This document shows positions 28,606 to 38,036 of a DNA stretch of 63,705 nt, piece after piece (position 1 is the first letter of the stretch; each line of letters starts with the position of its first letter). The stretch covers positions 1 through 63,705 of the forward strand of contig PFLE01000008.1 in NCBI GenBank assembly GCA_002784465.1. Reading direction: 5' to 3'. This stretch comes from Candidatus Shapirobacteria bacterium CG_4_10_14_0_8_um_filter_39_15. GTDB taxonomy: Bacteria > Patescibacteriota > Microgenomatia > UM-FILTER-39-15. A program made the position numbers and the translations under genes. The notes beneath the pieces are model-generated. The model saw only the letters and a list, made by a program, of their open reading frames with translations. It was not told where the DNA came from and ran no database searches.

Positions 28606-29487
28606 AATGCGCCTAAAACGTATCGAGGCTAAAACAGAATACCGAAGATGAAGAACTTGTGTAAAGCACAAGGAATTCAAAAGTCAAAAGTTTTATTCTG
28701 AAGGTTTATTAATTTTGAATTTCTCATGCTTTGCATGAGTTGGTAGGGGAGCGTTGATACTGCAGTGAAGCCGAGCTGTAAGGCAAGGTGGAGCGGTATC
28801 AAGTGAGTATGCCGGTATAAGTAGCGAGATCCCGGTGAGAAACCGGGACGCCGAATACCCGAGGTTTCTCCGACAATGCTAATCAGTCGGAGGTTAGTCG
28901 ACCCTTAGGTGAGTCCGAGCTTAGCTCGGAGTAGCCGATGGATAAACTGTTAATATTCAGTTACAGAGAGTGAATCGTTACCAACTGGGGATTGACAGGG
29001 ATGGATAGCCAAACCCGCCGCAAGGCGAGCTTAAATCACAAGGCAGTTTTTGTAGGAAAACCCGCAAAAACGTTTACACTGCAAAGTGTCTAACCGAATG
29101 ATGAATAAGAGTCTAAGCCGCAAGGCAAGGACAATTTGGTAATTTCAACCCTCAAGAAAAGATTCGCAGTGAGATTCATTTTTTATCGTACCGAAAACCG
29201 ACACAGGTGGGTTGGTAGAGTATACCAAGGCGGACGAGAGAAGGAAGTTCAAGGAACTCGGCAAAAAAGCTGGGCGTAAGTTATGCAAGATGCCCTACTC
29301 CGATTTATCGGAGTTCAACAAAAGATTTTCAAGCGACTGTTTAACTAAAACACAGGTCTCTGCAAACCCGCAAGGGTAAGTATAGGGGCTGAAGCCTGCC
29401 CAGTGCCGGAAGGTTATGGGGAGGAGTGAGTCGCCGTAAGGCGACAGGCTCTGAACTTAAGCCCCGGTGAACGGCAGCAGTAACTAT

Positions 29488-29968
29488 GAATCGAAAGGTG
29501 TTGTAGTTGTTAAACTTAGCTATATGCTGGAATAACTCGTGTATCCGACAGTACCCCGTTACCATACGGTACAGGGTGACAATCTGTTCGGTGGAGTCAA
29601 TCAGCAGGAAAGGCTTTGGTAAATTAAAATCAATGTCATTCCCACGTTTACCCTGTAAGGGAAAGTGGGAATCTATATCAAAAAAGGAGTAAAACAGTAA
29701 ATCAGATAATCAGGTTAAGTAAATCTGAGAACAGAATATCAGTAGTAAAAACTGATCCCTGTTTTCTAATCTCTTTTCCCGATACTCTGATCAACTGATA
29801 ATCTTAATTGTGTTATATAGATTCCGGCTCGTAGGCCGGAATGACAAAATAAAAATTATCAAAGAATCCTCAGAGACTATACGCTGAGACCGAGCTTAGC
29901 TCGGGATGATATAGTCCGACCTTCAGTGCGAACTGAAGAACCGTAAAATCGGTCTAGTAACAAAGGTG
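29488..29968 (+). mobile_element. 23S intron 1, ORF-less group I, at AACTAT|AAC in helix 69 (about E. coli 1917)
   Basis: The 5' exon ends in U and the intron ends in G. Core TCAGAGACTATACG ... GATATAGTCC. It carries a P1 and a P3 repeat internally. Confidence 0.8.
29689..29806. repeat. family P1 palindrome nested inside 23S intron 1
   Basis: AAAACAGTAAATCAGATAATCAGGTTAAGTAAATCTGAGAACAGAATATCAG ... CTGATCCCTGTTTTCTAATCTCTTTTCCCGATACTCTGATCAACTGAT. Confidence 0.7.
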
Positions 29969-30488
29969 AACTGTTCGATGGTAGCGAAGTCCCTCGCCAG
30001 GTAAGTTCTGGCCCGCATGAAAGGCTTCACGACTTGAAAACTGTCTCGAACTTCCACTCGGCGAAATTGAAATGGCTGTGAAGATGCGGCCTACGCATTC
30101 TTGGACAAAAAGACCCCGTGGAGCTTTACTATAGCTTGGTGTTGGAATGATGTTTGAAATTGTGCAGTGCAGGAGGGAGTCTCGACGCAAGTCGGACGCC
30201 AATGTAACACCTCTCTTTTTAAACCTCAAACCTTACCTGTGAGTTCTGGAAACGAACTCGGGGAACGCGCCAGGTGGGTAGTTTGACTGGGGCAGTCGCT
30301 TGCTAAAGAGTAACGCGAGTGCACAAAGGTTGGCTAGTCTCGAACGGAAATCGAGATGATAGTGTAAAGGCAAAAGCCAGCTTGACTGTGAGGCCGACGG
30401 GCCAAGCAGAGTCGAAAGACGGTCTTAGTGATCCTCCAACTCGTCGTGGGACGGTTGGGGCTTAACGGATAAAAGCTACCCCGGGGAT

Positions 30489-30782
30489 ACAACTGTGTCC
30501 CGTCTTGGTGAATATAAAAATACCAGGACTTGTATGCAACTAATAACGGTGGAACCCGCAACTGGAGAGTTTTAAGTAAAAGTCTTCTCTCGCGAGGCAG
30601 CCAAGGGTAATACCGTGGGAAGTCCGGCTTTGCCGGACCCCGTAACGACTGATTCCGAAAGGATGAGATATAAATTACTTCCCAAAAGGGAAAATCTACA
30701 ATTTATATCATACGTTGCCTCCCATAAAATTTTATATGGGATGAAGATATAGTCTGCGCTTACAGAAATGTAGGATTTTGTG
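30489..30782 (+). mobile_element. 23S intron 2, ORF-less group I, at GGGGAT|AACAGG (about E. coli 2449, peptidyl-transferase ring)
   Basis: The 5' exon ends in U and the intron ends in G. Elements ATAACGGTGGA, AATACCGTGGGAAGTC, CCCGTAACGACTG, GAAGATATAGTCT. Confidence 0.8.
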
Positions 30783-30844
30783 AACAGGCTGATCTGATCC
30801 GAAAGTCCATATTGACGATCAGGTTTGGCACCTCGATGTCGGCT

Positions 30845-31650
30845 CAATTTTAGGGTCGCTACCCGAGTAATCGAGTAGATTAATACGAGCTCATAACGGT
30901 GGACTCCAATTGCGATATAATTATCGTAAATGGACAATACCGTGGGAAGTCGACAAAGAGATATTATTTTTGGAATGCTATTAGGTGACGGATTTTTAGA
31001 ACGCAATGGAAAATATGTCAGATTGGTAACTGACCATAGCGGAAAACAAGAAACTTATGTTAATTGGTTAGCAAGCCAATTAACTAACTTAAATCCGAAA
31101 TTAGTTTTTAAGAAAAGAATTGATCGAAGAAACCTGAAAGTTTACGATCATTGTATTTTAAGAACCAACACTTCATCTAAGTTGGAAAAATTCTTTTCCT
31201 TATTTTATGAAGGTAAAAGAAAAAGAATTCCACCTTGTTTAAGTAAAATAATATCTCCAATGGTGTTAGCGGTTTGGATAATGGATGATGGATACAAAAG
31301 AAATGATTGTCGGGCAATGAGAATAAATACCCAAAGTTATACCTTGGAAGAACAGAAAATTATCAGACAATCGTTTCTTCGTATCGGTATCAAAGTTAAT
31401 ATCCATAAACAAAAACAGCACTATTTGGTTTATATTCCATCTTCTTATATGAAGAAATTTATAGGAATGATTAAACCCTATATTATTCCTTCTATGGAAT
31501 ATAAAATTTGTTTGACCCCGTAACGACTGATTCCGAAAGGATGAGATATGAGATTTATCTTGTATCACACGCTCGTCCCCGCGCAAATTTCTGAAGAAAT
31601 TTGTTCGGGTGAAGGTATAGTCTGCACCATTAGTAATAATGGATTATGTG
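30845..31650 (+). mobile_element. 23S intron 3, group I with a LAGLIDADG ORF, at GTCGGCT|CATC (about E. coli 2511)
   Basis: The 5' exon ends in U and the intron ends in G. It has the same core word set as introns 2 and 4. Confidence 0.8.
30930..31523 (+). CDS. LAGLIDADG homing endonuclease (double motif)
   Basis: MLLGDGFLE and WIMDDGYK motifs. Confidence 0.85.
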   Translation: MDNTVGSRQRDIIFGMLLGDGFLERNGKYVRLVTDHSGKQETYVNWLASQLTNLNPKLVFKKRIDRRNLKVYDHCILRTNTSSKLEKFFSLFYEGKRKRIPPCLSKIISPMVLAVWIMDDGYKRNDCRAMRINTQSYTLEEQKIIRQSFLRIGIKVNIHKQKQHYLVYIPSSYMKKFIGMIKPYIIPSMEYKICLTP

Positions 31651-31795
31651 CATCGCATCCTGGGGGGGTAGCCCCTCCCAAGGGTTGGACTGTTCGCCCA
31701 TTAAAGCGGTACGTGAGCTGGGTTCAGAACGATGTAAATCAGTTCGGACTCTATCCAGAATGTGCGTTGGATTCTTGAGGGAAGTTCTCCTCAGT

Positions 31796-32278
31796 AAACC
31801 CATATTAGGGTTTTGCTGCTTCCGAAGCAATTCGGAATGAAAATTCGGCTTATAACGGTGGAGTCTTAATAACGAAGATAATACCGTGGGAAGTCGGTTT
31901 GGAGGACGGATGACAGAATACGGAAGACGGATAAGCAAAGCTTGATGCTTCGCAATAGCAGATAGAACAGATTTGACAGATTATTCCCTGTCATTCTGAA
32001 CTTGATTCAGAATCTATATAAATTATTGTATAGATTCCTGGTCAAGCCAGGAATGACATAGTAATTTTCTGTTTTTCTGTCTTTCTGCAATCTGTTTTCT
32101 GTTATCTGTCATCTGGCTTCTAGACTTGACCCCGTAACGACTGTATCCTTGTACTATTTAGTACAGGATCGACTTAAATCTACTTGATTTAGGTAACACG
32201 CCGACCCCGTTTAAATTTCAAAAGAAATTTGTTCGGGTGAAGATATAGTCTACACTTCTAGTGATAGAAGATAATGTG
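31796..32278 (+). mobile_element. 23S intron 4, ORF-less group I, at CTCAGT|ACGAGAGGACC (sarcin-ricin loop, about E. coli 2656)
   Basis: The 5' exon ends in U and the intron ends in G. Same core words as introns 2 and 3. It contains nested word palindromes and a P3 element at 31985-32060. Confidence 0.8.
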
Positions 32279-32725
32279 ACGAGAGGACCAGGAGAAGGGG
32301 ATCCCTGGTGTGCCAGTTGTCCGAGCTTAGCTCGGGCATCGCTGGGTAGCTACATCCTCTGGGGATAACTGCTGAAAGCATCTAAGCAGGAAGCTCCGCC
32401 CAAGATTAGGAATCCTTCCGAGCTTAGCTCGGTGAAGACCCCAGGTAGACTACCTGGTTGATTACGCCGCAAGGCGTAGTCGTTCGCGCGCAAGCGCGAA
32501 GATAGGCTGGGAGTGTATGCTTACCAGTACTAATTGGTCAAAAAGAATTAAGCTGTTTGAGATGAACCTGCGCGCGGAGCGCGTAATTTCTCTTCACTTT
32601 TCAAGGTGTCATCAGACACCGCAGACCCGCCAGAAATCGCTCTTCAAGTCGTGTTCGAATAGAACTGAAAAGACTTGAAGTAAGATTCGGCGGGTAAATA
32701 CTTTAACATTTTTGCCTTAAAGCCT

Positions 32726-32797
32726 TTCGGTCTTTGGAGCGGAGCGGAACTACTCTTTTCCCGTCTCGACTCGGTCGAGCCGAGGCGGGCCATTCCG
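32726..32797 (+). pseudogene. 5' fragment of a second, disrupted 5S-like copy
   Basis: A 46-nt stretch ACTCTTTTCCCGTCTCGACTCGGTCGAGCCGAGGCGGGCCATTCCG is identical to the intact 5S. The matching 3' piece CCGAACAAGATAGTAAAAC lies at 33060-33078. Confidence 0.55.
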
Positions 32798-32864
32798 TCG
32801 CGTAAAATCGCTGAAGCGATTAACGCGACTGGCACGTTGATTTGAGAACTCGTAAAATCTAGAA

Positions 32865-33017
32865 GTGTCTCGGTGACTAGAGCGGACTGGTACCACTCTT
32901 TTCCCGTCTCGACTCGGTCGAGCCGAGGCGGGCCATTCCGAACAAGATAGTTAAACGGTCTAGCGTCGACGATAGTAGAGCCTTGTGTTCTGCGAAAATA
33001 GATCGTTGCCGAGACAC
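32865..33017 (+). rRNA. 5S rRNA with a 30-nt hairpin inserted in loop C
   Basis: Helix I GTCTCGG / CCGAGAC, then CCATTCCGAACAAGATAGTTAAAC, GCGTCGACGATAGTAG and TGCGAAAATAGA. The extra hairpin lies at 32903-32932. Confidence 0.8.
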
Positions 33018-33188
33018 TTCTGTTCTCAAATCTTTACGTGGAACGTTTGACGTTCCGTGCCGAACAAGATAGTAAAACACTCTTATGTATCCTCTAATTT
33101 TCTCTAACATCCTCTAAAATCCCGATTGTTTTTTCTTTCAAAAAGTAGTATTATGTTTCCATTCACAAAAGAAAGGCGGTTATGATTA

Positions 33189-34364
33189 GTGCCAAGCAAA
33201 CAAGTACCACGAGAATCTAAAGTACCACAAGTATCACGAGCAATTAAAACCCGTGGTACCCGTGATACCCGTTCTCCCCTTGATACTTCTTCCAAGAATC
33301 CCCAGACCATGGAGGAGCTTCTGGCGCAGACCGGCTACCAAGTTCACGGATTAAAAAGAGACCAGCAAATTGAAGGAACGGTTACTAATGTCACTTCCCG
33401 GACCATCTTTTTTGATGTTGGCGCAAAGGCCGAAGGCATTGTGGTTGACCGGGAATTTGAGGCGGCCAAAGATTATATTAAGGCTTTAAAAATCGGCGAT
33501 AAAGTCAGTTTACGGGTTCTTTATCCGGAAAATGAGACCGGCCAGGTGGTTCTGTCGCTTAAGGGTGAAGCCCTTTCTTCCGCTTGGAAACATTTGCTGA
33601 AAGCAAAAGATGCCGGTGAAGAAATTTCCGTGGTTGTTAAAGAAACCGTTAAAGGCGGTTTTTTGGTCAATTCTTTCGGGGTGGTTGGGTTTCTGCCGAC
33701 TTCCCAATTGGGTGAAGCGCTTCAGAAAAAACAAAGCGATTTGGAAGGGAAAAATCTTAAAGTTAAAGTTATTGAAGTTGATAAAACTCAAAACCGGGTG
33801 GTTTTTTCCGAAAAAGCCGTGTCCGAAAAAGAAAAACTGGAAAAAATTAAAGGTTTGATTGCTAAAGTTAAAGAAGGGGAGATTTATGAAGCGGAAATCA
33901 CCGGTACCATGCCTTTTGGTGCCTTTGCCAAAATTAAAGTTGATAATCATGACGTTGAGGGATTGATCCATGTTTCGGAAATGTCCTGGGAAAAGATTGA
34001 TAATCCCGAGGGTTTTTATCGGATCGGCGATAAAGTTAAAATTAAAGTCATTAGTAAGGATGAATCCCAATCCCGTTTGTCTTTTTCCATCAGGCAGTTG
34101 ACCGAAGATCCTTGGAAAAATCTGATTGGTAAATATCAAGTTGATCTGCATGTGGTCGGCAAGGTTTCCCGATTAGTCGCTTCCGGTGCTTTTTTAGAAC
34201 TTGAACCGGGACTTGAAGGTTTTATCCATATTTCCAAAATTCCGGTGGAAAAACAGATTAAAGTGGGTGATAGTTTGGATTGTTTTGTGGAAGCAATTGA
34301 ACCGGAAAAAAGAAGAATATCATTAGGGTTGGTATTAACAGAAAAACCAGTAGGATATAAGTAA
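33189..34364 (+). CDS. rpsA: 30S ribosomal protein S1
   Basis: Four S1-domain repeats. The first 40 codons are a GTACCACGAG-type palindromic repeat, so the ATG at 33309 is a plausible true start. Confidence 0.85.
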   Translation: MPSKQVPRESKVPQVSRAIKTRGTRDTRSPLDTSSKNPQTMEELLAQTGYQVHGLKRDQQIEGTVTNVTSRTIFFDVGAKAEGIVVDREFEAAKDYIKALKIGDKVSLRVLYPENETGQVVLSLKGEALSSAWKHLLKAKDAGEEISVVVKETVKGGFLVNSFGVVGFLPTSQLGEALQKKQSDLEGKNLKVKVIEVDKTQNRVVFSEKAVSEKEKLEKIKGLIAKVKEGEIYEAEITGTMPFGAFAKIKVDNHDVEGLIHVSEMSWEKIDNPEGFYRIGDKVKIKVISKDESQSRLSFSIRQLTEDPWKNLIGKYQVDLHVVGKVSRLVASGAFLELEPGLEGFIHISKIPVEKQIKVGDSLDCFVEAIEPEKRRISLGLVLTEKPVGYK

Positions 34365-34779
34365 ATTTGAAATTTGAAATTTTACTGTCATCAGACAGGC
34401 TCGTATTTTGAAATCACATGTAACCGAAGTTACAGTGTAAACAAAAGATGCGAATTTTAAATGTTTAAATTTTTAAACATTGAATCATTGAAAATTGATA
34501 GCGAATCAGAGATTCGATATATCAGAACTTTGTTCTGCTCTGAAAATTTGGTTACTGTAATTGCTGAATTGTTTTTACTACTCCCACCCACCCTCATCAC
34601 CCCCAATTTTCCGCCATCTGTCAAGGATACTCCTTTCCCCTTATCACTTTCCTGGTTGTGCTTCTGCTCGTGATGGACGGGAGTCTGATAACAAGGGATC
34701 AAAATCAGATAGCGGTAACGATCATGTTTATGGAACTTTTTAGTGGTAAACGATCGGACCAGTAAGGCTGAAAGAATGA

Positions 34780-35250
34780 TTGCCGGTAGAACAAGGATGG
34801 TATAATATAAATATGGGCAGAATAGAGGCTTTAGGTGATTCTTCTGTTGTTGAGGAAGTTTCTCCGGGTGGCGGGCAAGAAAAAGTCGTAAGTCAGGAAG
34901 AATGGAGAAAACGAGCAGAGGAGACGATAAGGCAGATTGGAAAAGACTGGAGAAATGATGATATAAGCGGGGGTCAGGAGGCCGAAAAGGTATTAGGTCG
35001 TTTGCCTGAAGAAACGGTTGAATGGTTGGAGGAACCGGTTGGAAGAGGAAGCAAGGAAAGGAGACTTACCAGGATTCTTGTTTTTCTGGGTGACGGACAG
35101 TTGCCGGAAGATAACAAAAAAGTTATTTTTGAGCAAAGACCGGCCGGAGAGGAAAAAAGAGAAAGAGAGAGACTGTCGGCAGGAATGAGAAAGCATATAA
35201 GACGACAAAAAGCGGGGCAGAAAGAATGGGGGAAGATTATCCTTGGATAA
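34780..35250 (+). CDS. hypothetical Glu/Arg-rich protein
   Basis: 156-aa ORF inside a segment flanked by a 17-bp direct repeat. Confidence 0.4.
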   Translation: MPVEQGWYNINMGRIEALGDSSVVEEVSPGGGQEKVVSQEEWRKRAEETIRQIGKDWRNDDISGGQEAEKVLGRLPEETVEWLEEPVGRGSKERRLTRILVFLGDGQLPEDNKKVIFEQRPAGEEKRERERLSAGMRKHIRRQKAGQKEWGKIILG

Positions 35251-35889
35251 GATCCTCATATAAGAAAAATTAAGACATGCCAAATAAACCTGCCCAAATA
35301 AACCCGTCAAGGATACTCCTTTACATATCATTTTTATAGCTTCGTTGTAGTCTAGTATATTTAGTATACTAAACCTTAATTTCTATTTTTAGCAATTTAA
35401 CAATCGTAATAATATAACAATGGTTTTCTCAGTGAAAAAGGGGAAACCAATTTGCCGCATATTGATTTCCTCCTGGAACTTTGGTACTTAGTACAGAGAG
35501 CCAGTCGTCATTCAACCGATGGTTGGATTATAGATCGACACCTCTCTTTAGATCTGTTACTTAATAGCTTTTAGGGATGATGATAGAGTTGCAGGAATGA
35601 CAGCCCTTAACCTTTTAAAGCGGGGTTGAGGCCTTTACAAGCGTTGGGATCGTTCCCAAGTCTACAGTCGGTTACTTCTACCGTCAAACTCATACGTTGG
35701 GATAAAGGAATCTTTCTTTTCTTTCCATGTATACACCAATCGCAATTGTTCACTTCTCCCTCCTTTACCCTGAATCAGAGAATTATAATTTTTTTCTTCG
35801 CATGAGCTTCTTAATGATCTTATTTTCAATCTAACAATTTAGCAATCTAACAATATAACAATCGTAATTTTTAATGTTATAATCTGTCT

Positions 35890-37299
35890 GTGCCAAAGTC
35901 TCACACTATTTTTGTCTGTCAGCAGTGTGGATACGAGAGTTCCCAGTGGATGGGAAAGTGTCCGAGCTGTGGAACCTGGAATAGTTTGGTGGAAACCCTC
36001 GTGGGAGGGGAAGCGAGAAGCGGGAAGCGCGAGGCGGGAAGCGGGACAGCCAAGCTCCAAAAACTTTCGGAAATTAAAGAAATCGGGAGTTCCAGAATTT
36101 CAACCGGAATGGAGGAATTTGACCGGGTGCTCGGAGGCGGAATTGTGGCTGGATCAGTGACTTTATTAGCAGGAGAACCGGGAATTGGGAAAAGCACCTT
36201 GTTATTGCAGGCAGCGGCGAACATTGCGCAAGAAGTATCACAGGTAGCACGAGTACCACAAGTACCACGAGCAAAAGATTCCCGTGATACTCGTGATACT
36301 TCAAATTCCCGTGGTACTTCTGTCGTATACGTTTCCGGTGAAGAATCTCCTTCTCAAATCAAAATCCGTGCCCAGAGATTGGGAATTAAATCAGAAAATT
36401 TGTTATTTTTAAATGAAACCGATGCTGATTCCATAATTGATACCATTCAAAATCAGAAGCGAGATCCCGCATCTACACTCGTTGTGGTTGATTCGATCCA
36501 GACCCTAACCACCGAAGATCTTACTGGTACTGCAGGCTCGGTCGGTCAAGTCAGAGAATGCACCAATCGTCTACTCAATATGGCCAAATCGCAAGATATT
36601 CCTTTGTTTTTGGTTGGTCATGTAACCAAGGAAGGGTCAATTGCCGGGCCAATGGTTTTATCCCACATGGTGGACACCGTTTTATTTTTTGAAGGAGAAA
36701 GATTTGCATCCTTAAGAATGCTCCGGTCAATGAAAAATCGTTTTGGCCCGACCGATGAAGTCGGGGTTTTTGAAATGATTGAAAAGGGGTTGAATGAAAT
36801 TGATAACCCATCGGAAATTTTTCTAGGAGAAAGAACAAAAGAAGTATCGGGGAGTGTGATTACTTGTCTTATGGAAGGAACAAGACCGCTTTTAGTGGAG
36901 ATTCAGGCTTTGGCATCCCAAACCCAGCTTCCAATCCCGCGCCGCGTTGGTCAGGGGATAGATAATAACCGCCTTCAGCTGTTAGTGGCCGTCTTGTCGC
37001 GTCGTATCGGTTTGCCCACCGGCGGGTTTGATTTATTCGTTAATGTGGCCGGCGGAATTAAAATCAGCGAACCGGGAGCTGATTTAGCTATTTGTTTGGC
37101 GTTAGCATCGGCGATTATGGATAAACCATTAAGTCAAAAACTTTGCGCCATCGGCGAAATCGGTTTGTTAGGAGAAATCAGACGGGTAGGGGGATTGGAA
37201 AAAAGAATTAAAGAAAGCAAAAGGTTGGGATTTACTAAAGTTGTCAGCGCCAATGATTCTTCAAGTCTTCGGGAAACGGTTAGGGAATTGTTAAAATAA
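35890..37299 (+). CDS. radA: DNA repair protein RadA/Sms
   Basis: CxxC...CPSC zinc finger, GEPGIGKSTLLLQ, KNRFG, and a Lon-like C-terminal domain. Two in-frame repeat insertions. Confidence 0.92.
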   Translation: MPKSHTIFVCQQCGYESSQWMGKCPSCGTWNSLVETLVGGEARSGKREAGSGTAKLQKLSEIKEIGSSRISTGMEEFDRVLGGGIVAGSVTLLAGEPGIGKSTLLLQAAANIAQEVSQVARVPQVPRAKDSRDTRDTSNSRGTSVVYVSGEESPSQIKIRAQRLGIKSENLLFLNETDADSIIDTIQNQKRDPASTLVVVDSIQTLTTEDLTGTAGSVGQVRECTNRLLNMAKSQDIPLFLVGHVTKEGSIAGPMVLSHMVDTVLFFEGERFASLRMLRSMKNRFGPTDEVGVFEMIEKGLNEIDNPSEIFLGERTKEVSGSVITCLMEGTRPLLVEIQALASQTQLPIPRRVGQGIDNNRLQLLVAVLSRRIGLPTGGFDLFVNVAGGIKISEPGADLAICLALASAIMDKPLSQKLCAIGEIGLLGEIRRVGGLEKRIKESKRLGFTKVVSANDSSSLRETVRELLK

Positions 37300-37345
37300 T
37301 TTCTTCTGTCATTCCCGCATAAGCGGGAATCTATATAAATAAGGT

Positions 37346-37464
37346 AAAGAATATCAGTTGATCAGATCATCAGGGTAAGAAATCAGAGATCAGAAACCAG
37401 TAATATTTACTGATATACCGGTCTCTATTCTCTTAACCCGATCAGCTGATCTACTGATTTACTT
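37346..37464. repeat. family P1 palindrome
   Basis: ATATCAGTTGATCAGATCATCAGGGTAAGAAATCAGAGATCAG ... CTGATATACCGGTCTCTATTCTCTTAACCCGATCAGCTGATCTACTGAT. Confidence 0.7.
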
Positions 37465-37917
37465 TTCCCCGAGTTATCAACAATTCCCCAAACGAGTTAA
37501 TTTTAATCGGAATTGGCTTCATTTACCTGGAGTATCTAATTATAAGATATAGGTTTTTTTCAGTGACTTTTATTATAGGTTTGACATACTTGACAGGTTG
37601 TGGTATATTGGAAACATCAATGAGTAAGCGTTTTTTATCCAACTTTTTCAAACGAAGATTAAGCCTTAAGGTTTCCGGAACTAGGGCCAGTTCAGCGTGG
37701 GGGAAAGAACAAATAAAGAAAATTGGAAGTTTAGGTCAATCGCTCATTGTCATGCAGGTTGGTTGAAGAATTACAAAAGAGCATCGCTAGCGCTACTCTC
37801 TTTTAGATCAGGGTACGCATAGTAATGCTCTTTAAACGGTTCCGTTTGGACAGAGAACTAGAACCATTTTGACATTAACATTAAAAAAAATAGTTGTCAA
37901 GACCCGTTGATAATAAT

Positions 37918-38036
37918 AAGAATATCAGTAAATCAGAATAACTGGGTAAGAGATCCGAGAACAGAAATCAGTTAATATTACCGAGATTCCGTTCTCTGTT
38001 TTACTTAACCTGATTTTCTGATCTACAGATTTACTA
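37918..38036. repeat. family P1 palindrome
   Basis: AATATCAGTAAATCAGAATAACTGGGTAAGAGATCCGAGAACAG ... CGTTCTCTGTTTTACTTAACCTGATTTTCTGATCTACAGATTTACT. Confidence 0.7.

Noticed and set aside
33510-34151. 213-aa antisense ORF inside rpsA, and similar antisense or overlapping ORFs (1174..1401, 2470..2751, 3756..3986, 45557..46318, 35919..36304)
   Set aside because: They lie opposite or overlapping strongly supported genes, and their sequences are low-complexity or implausible.
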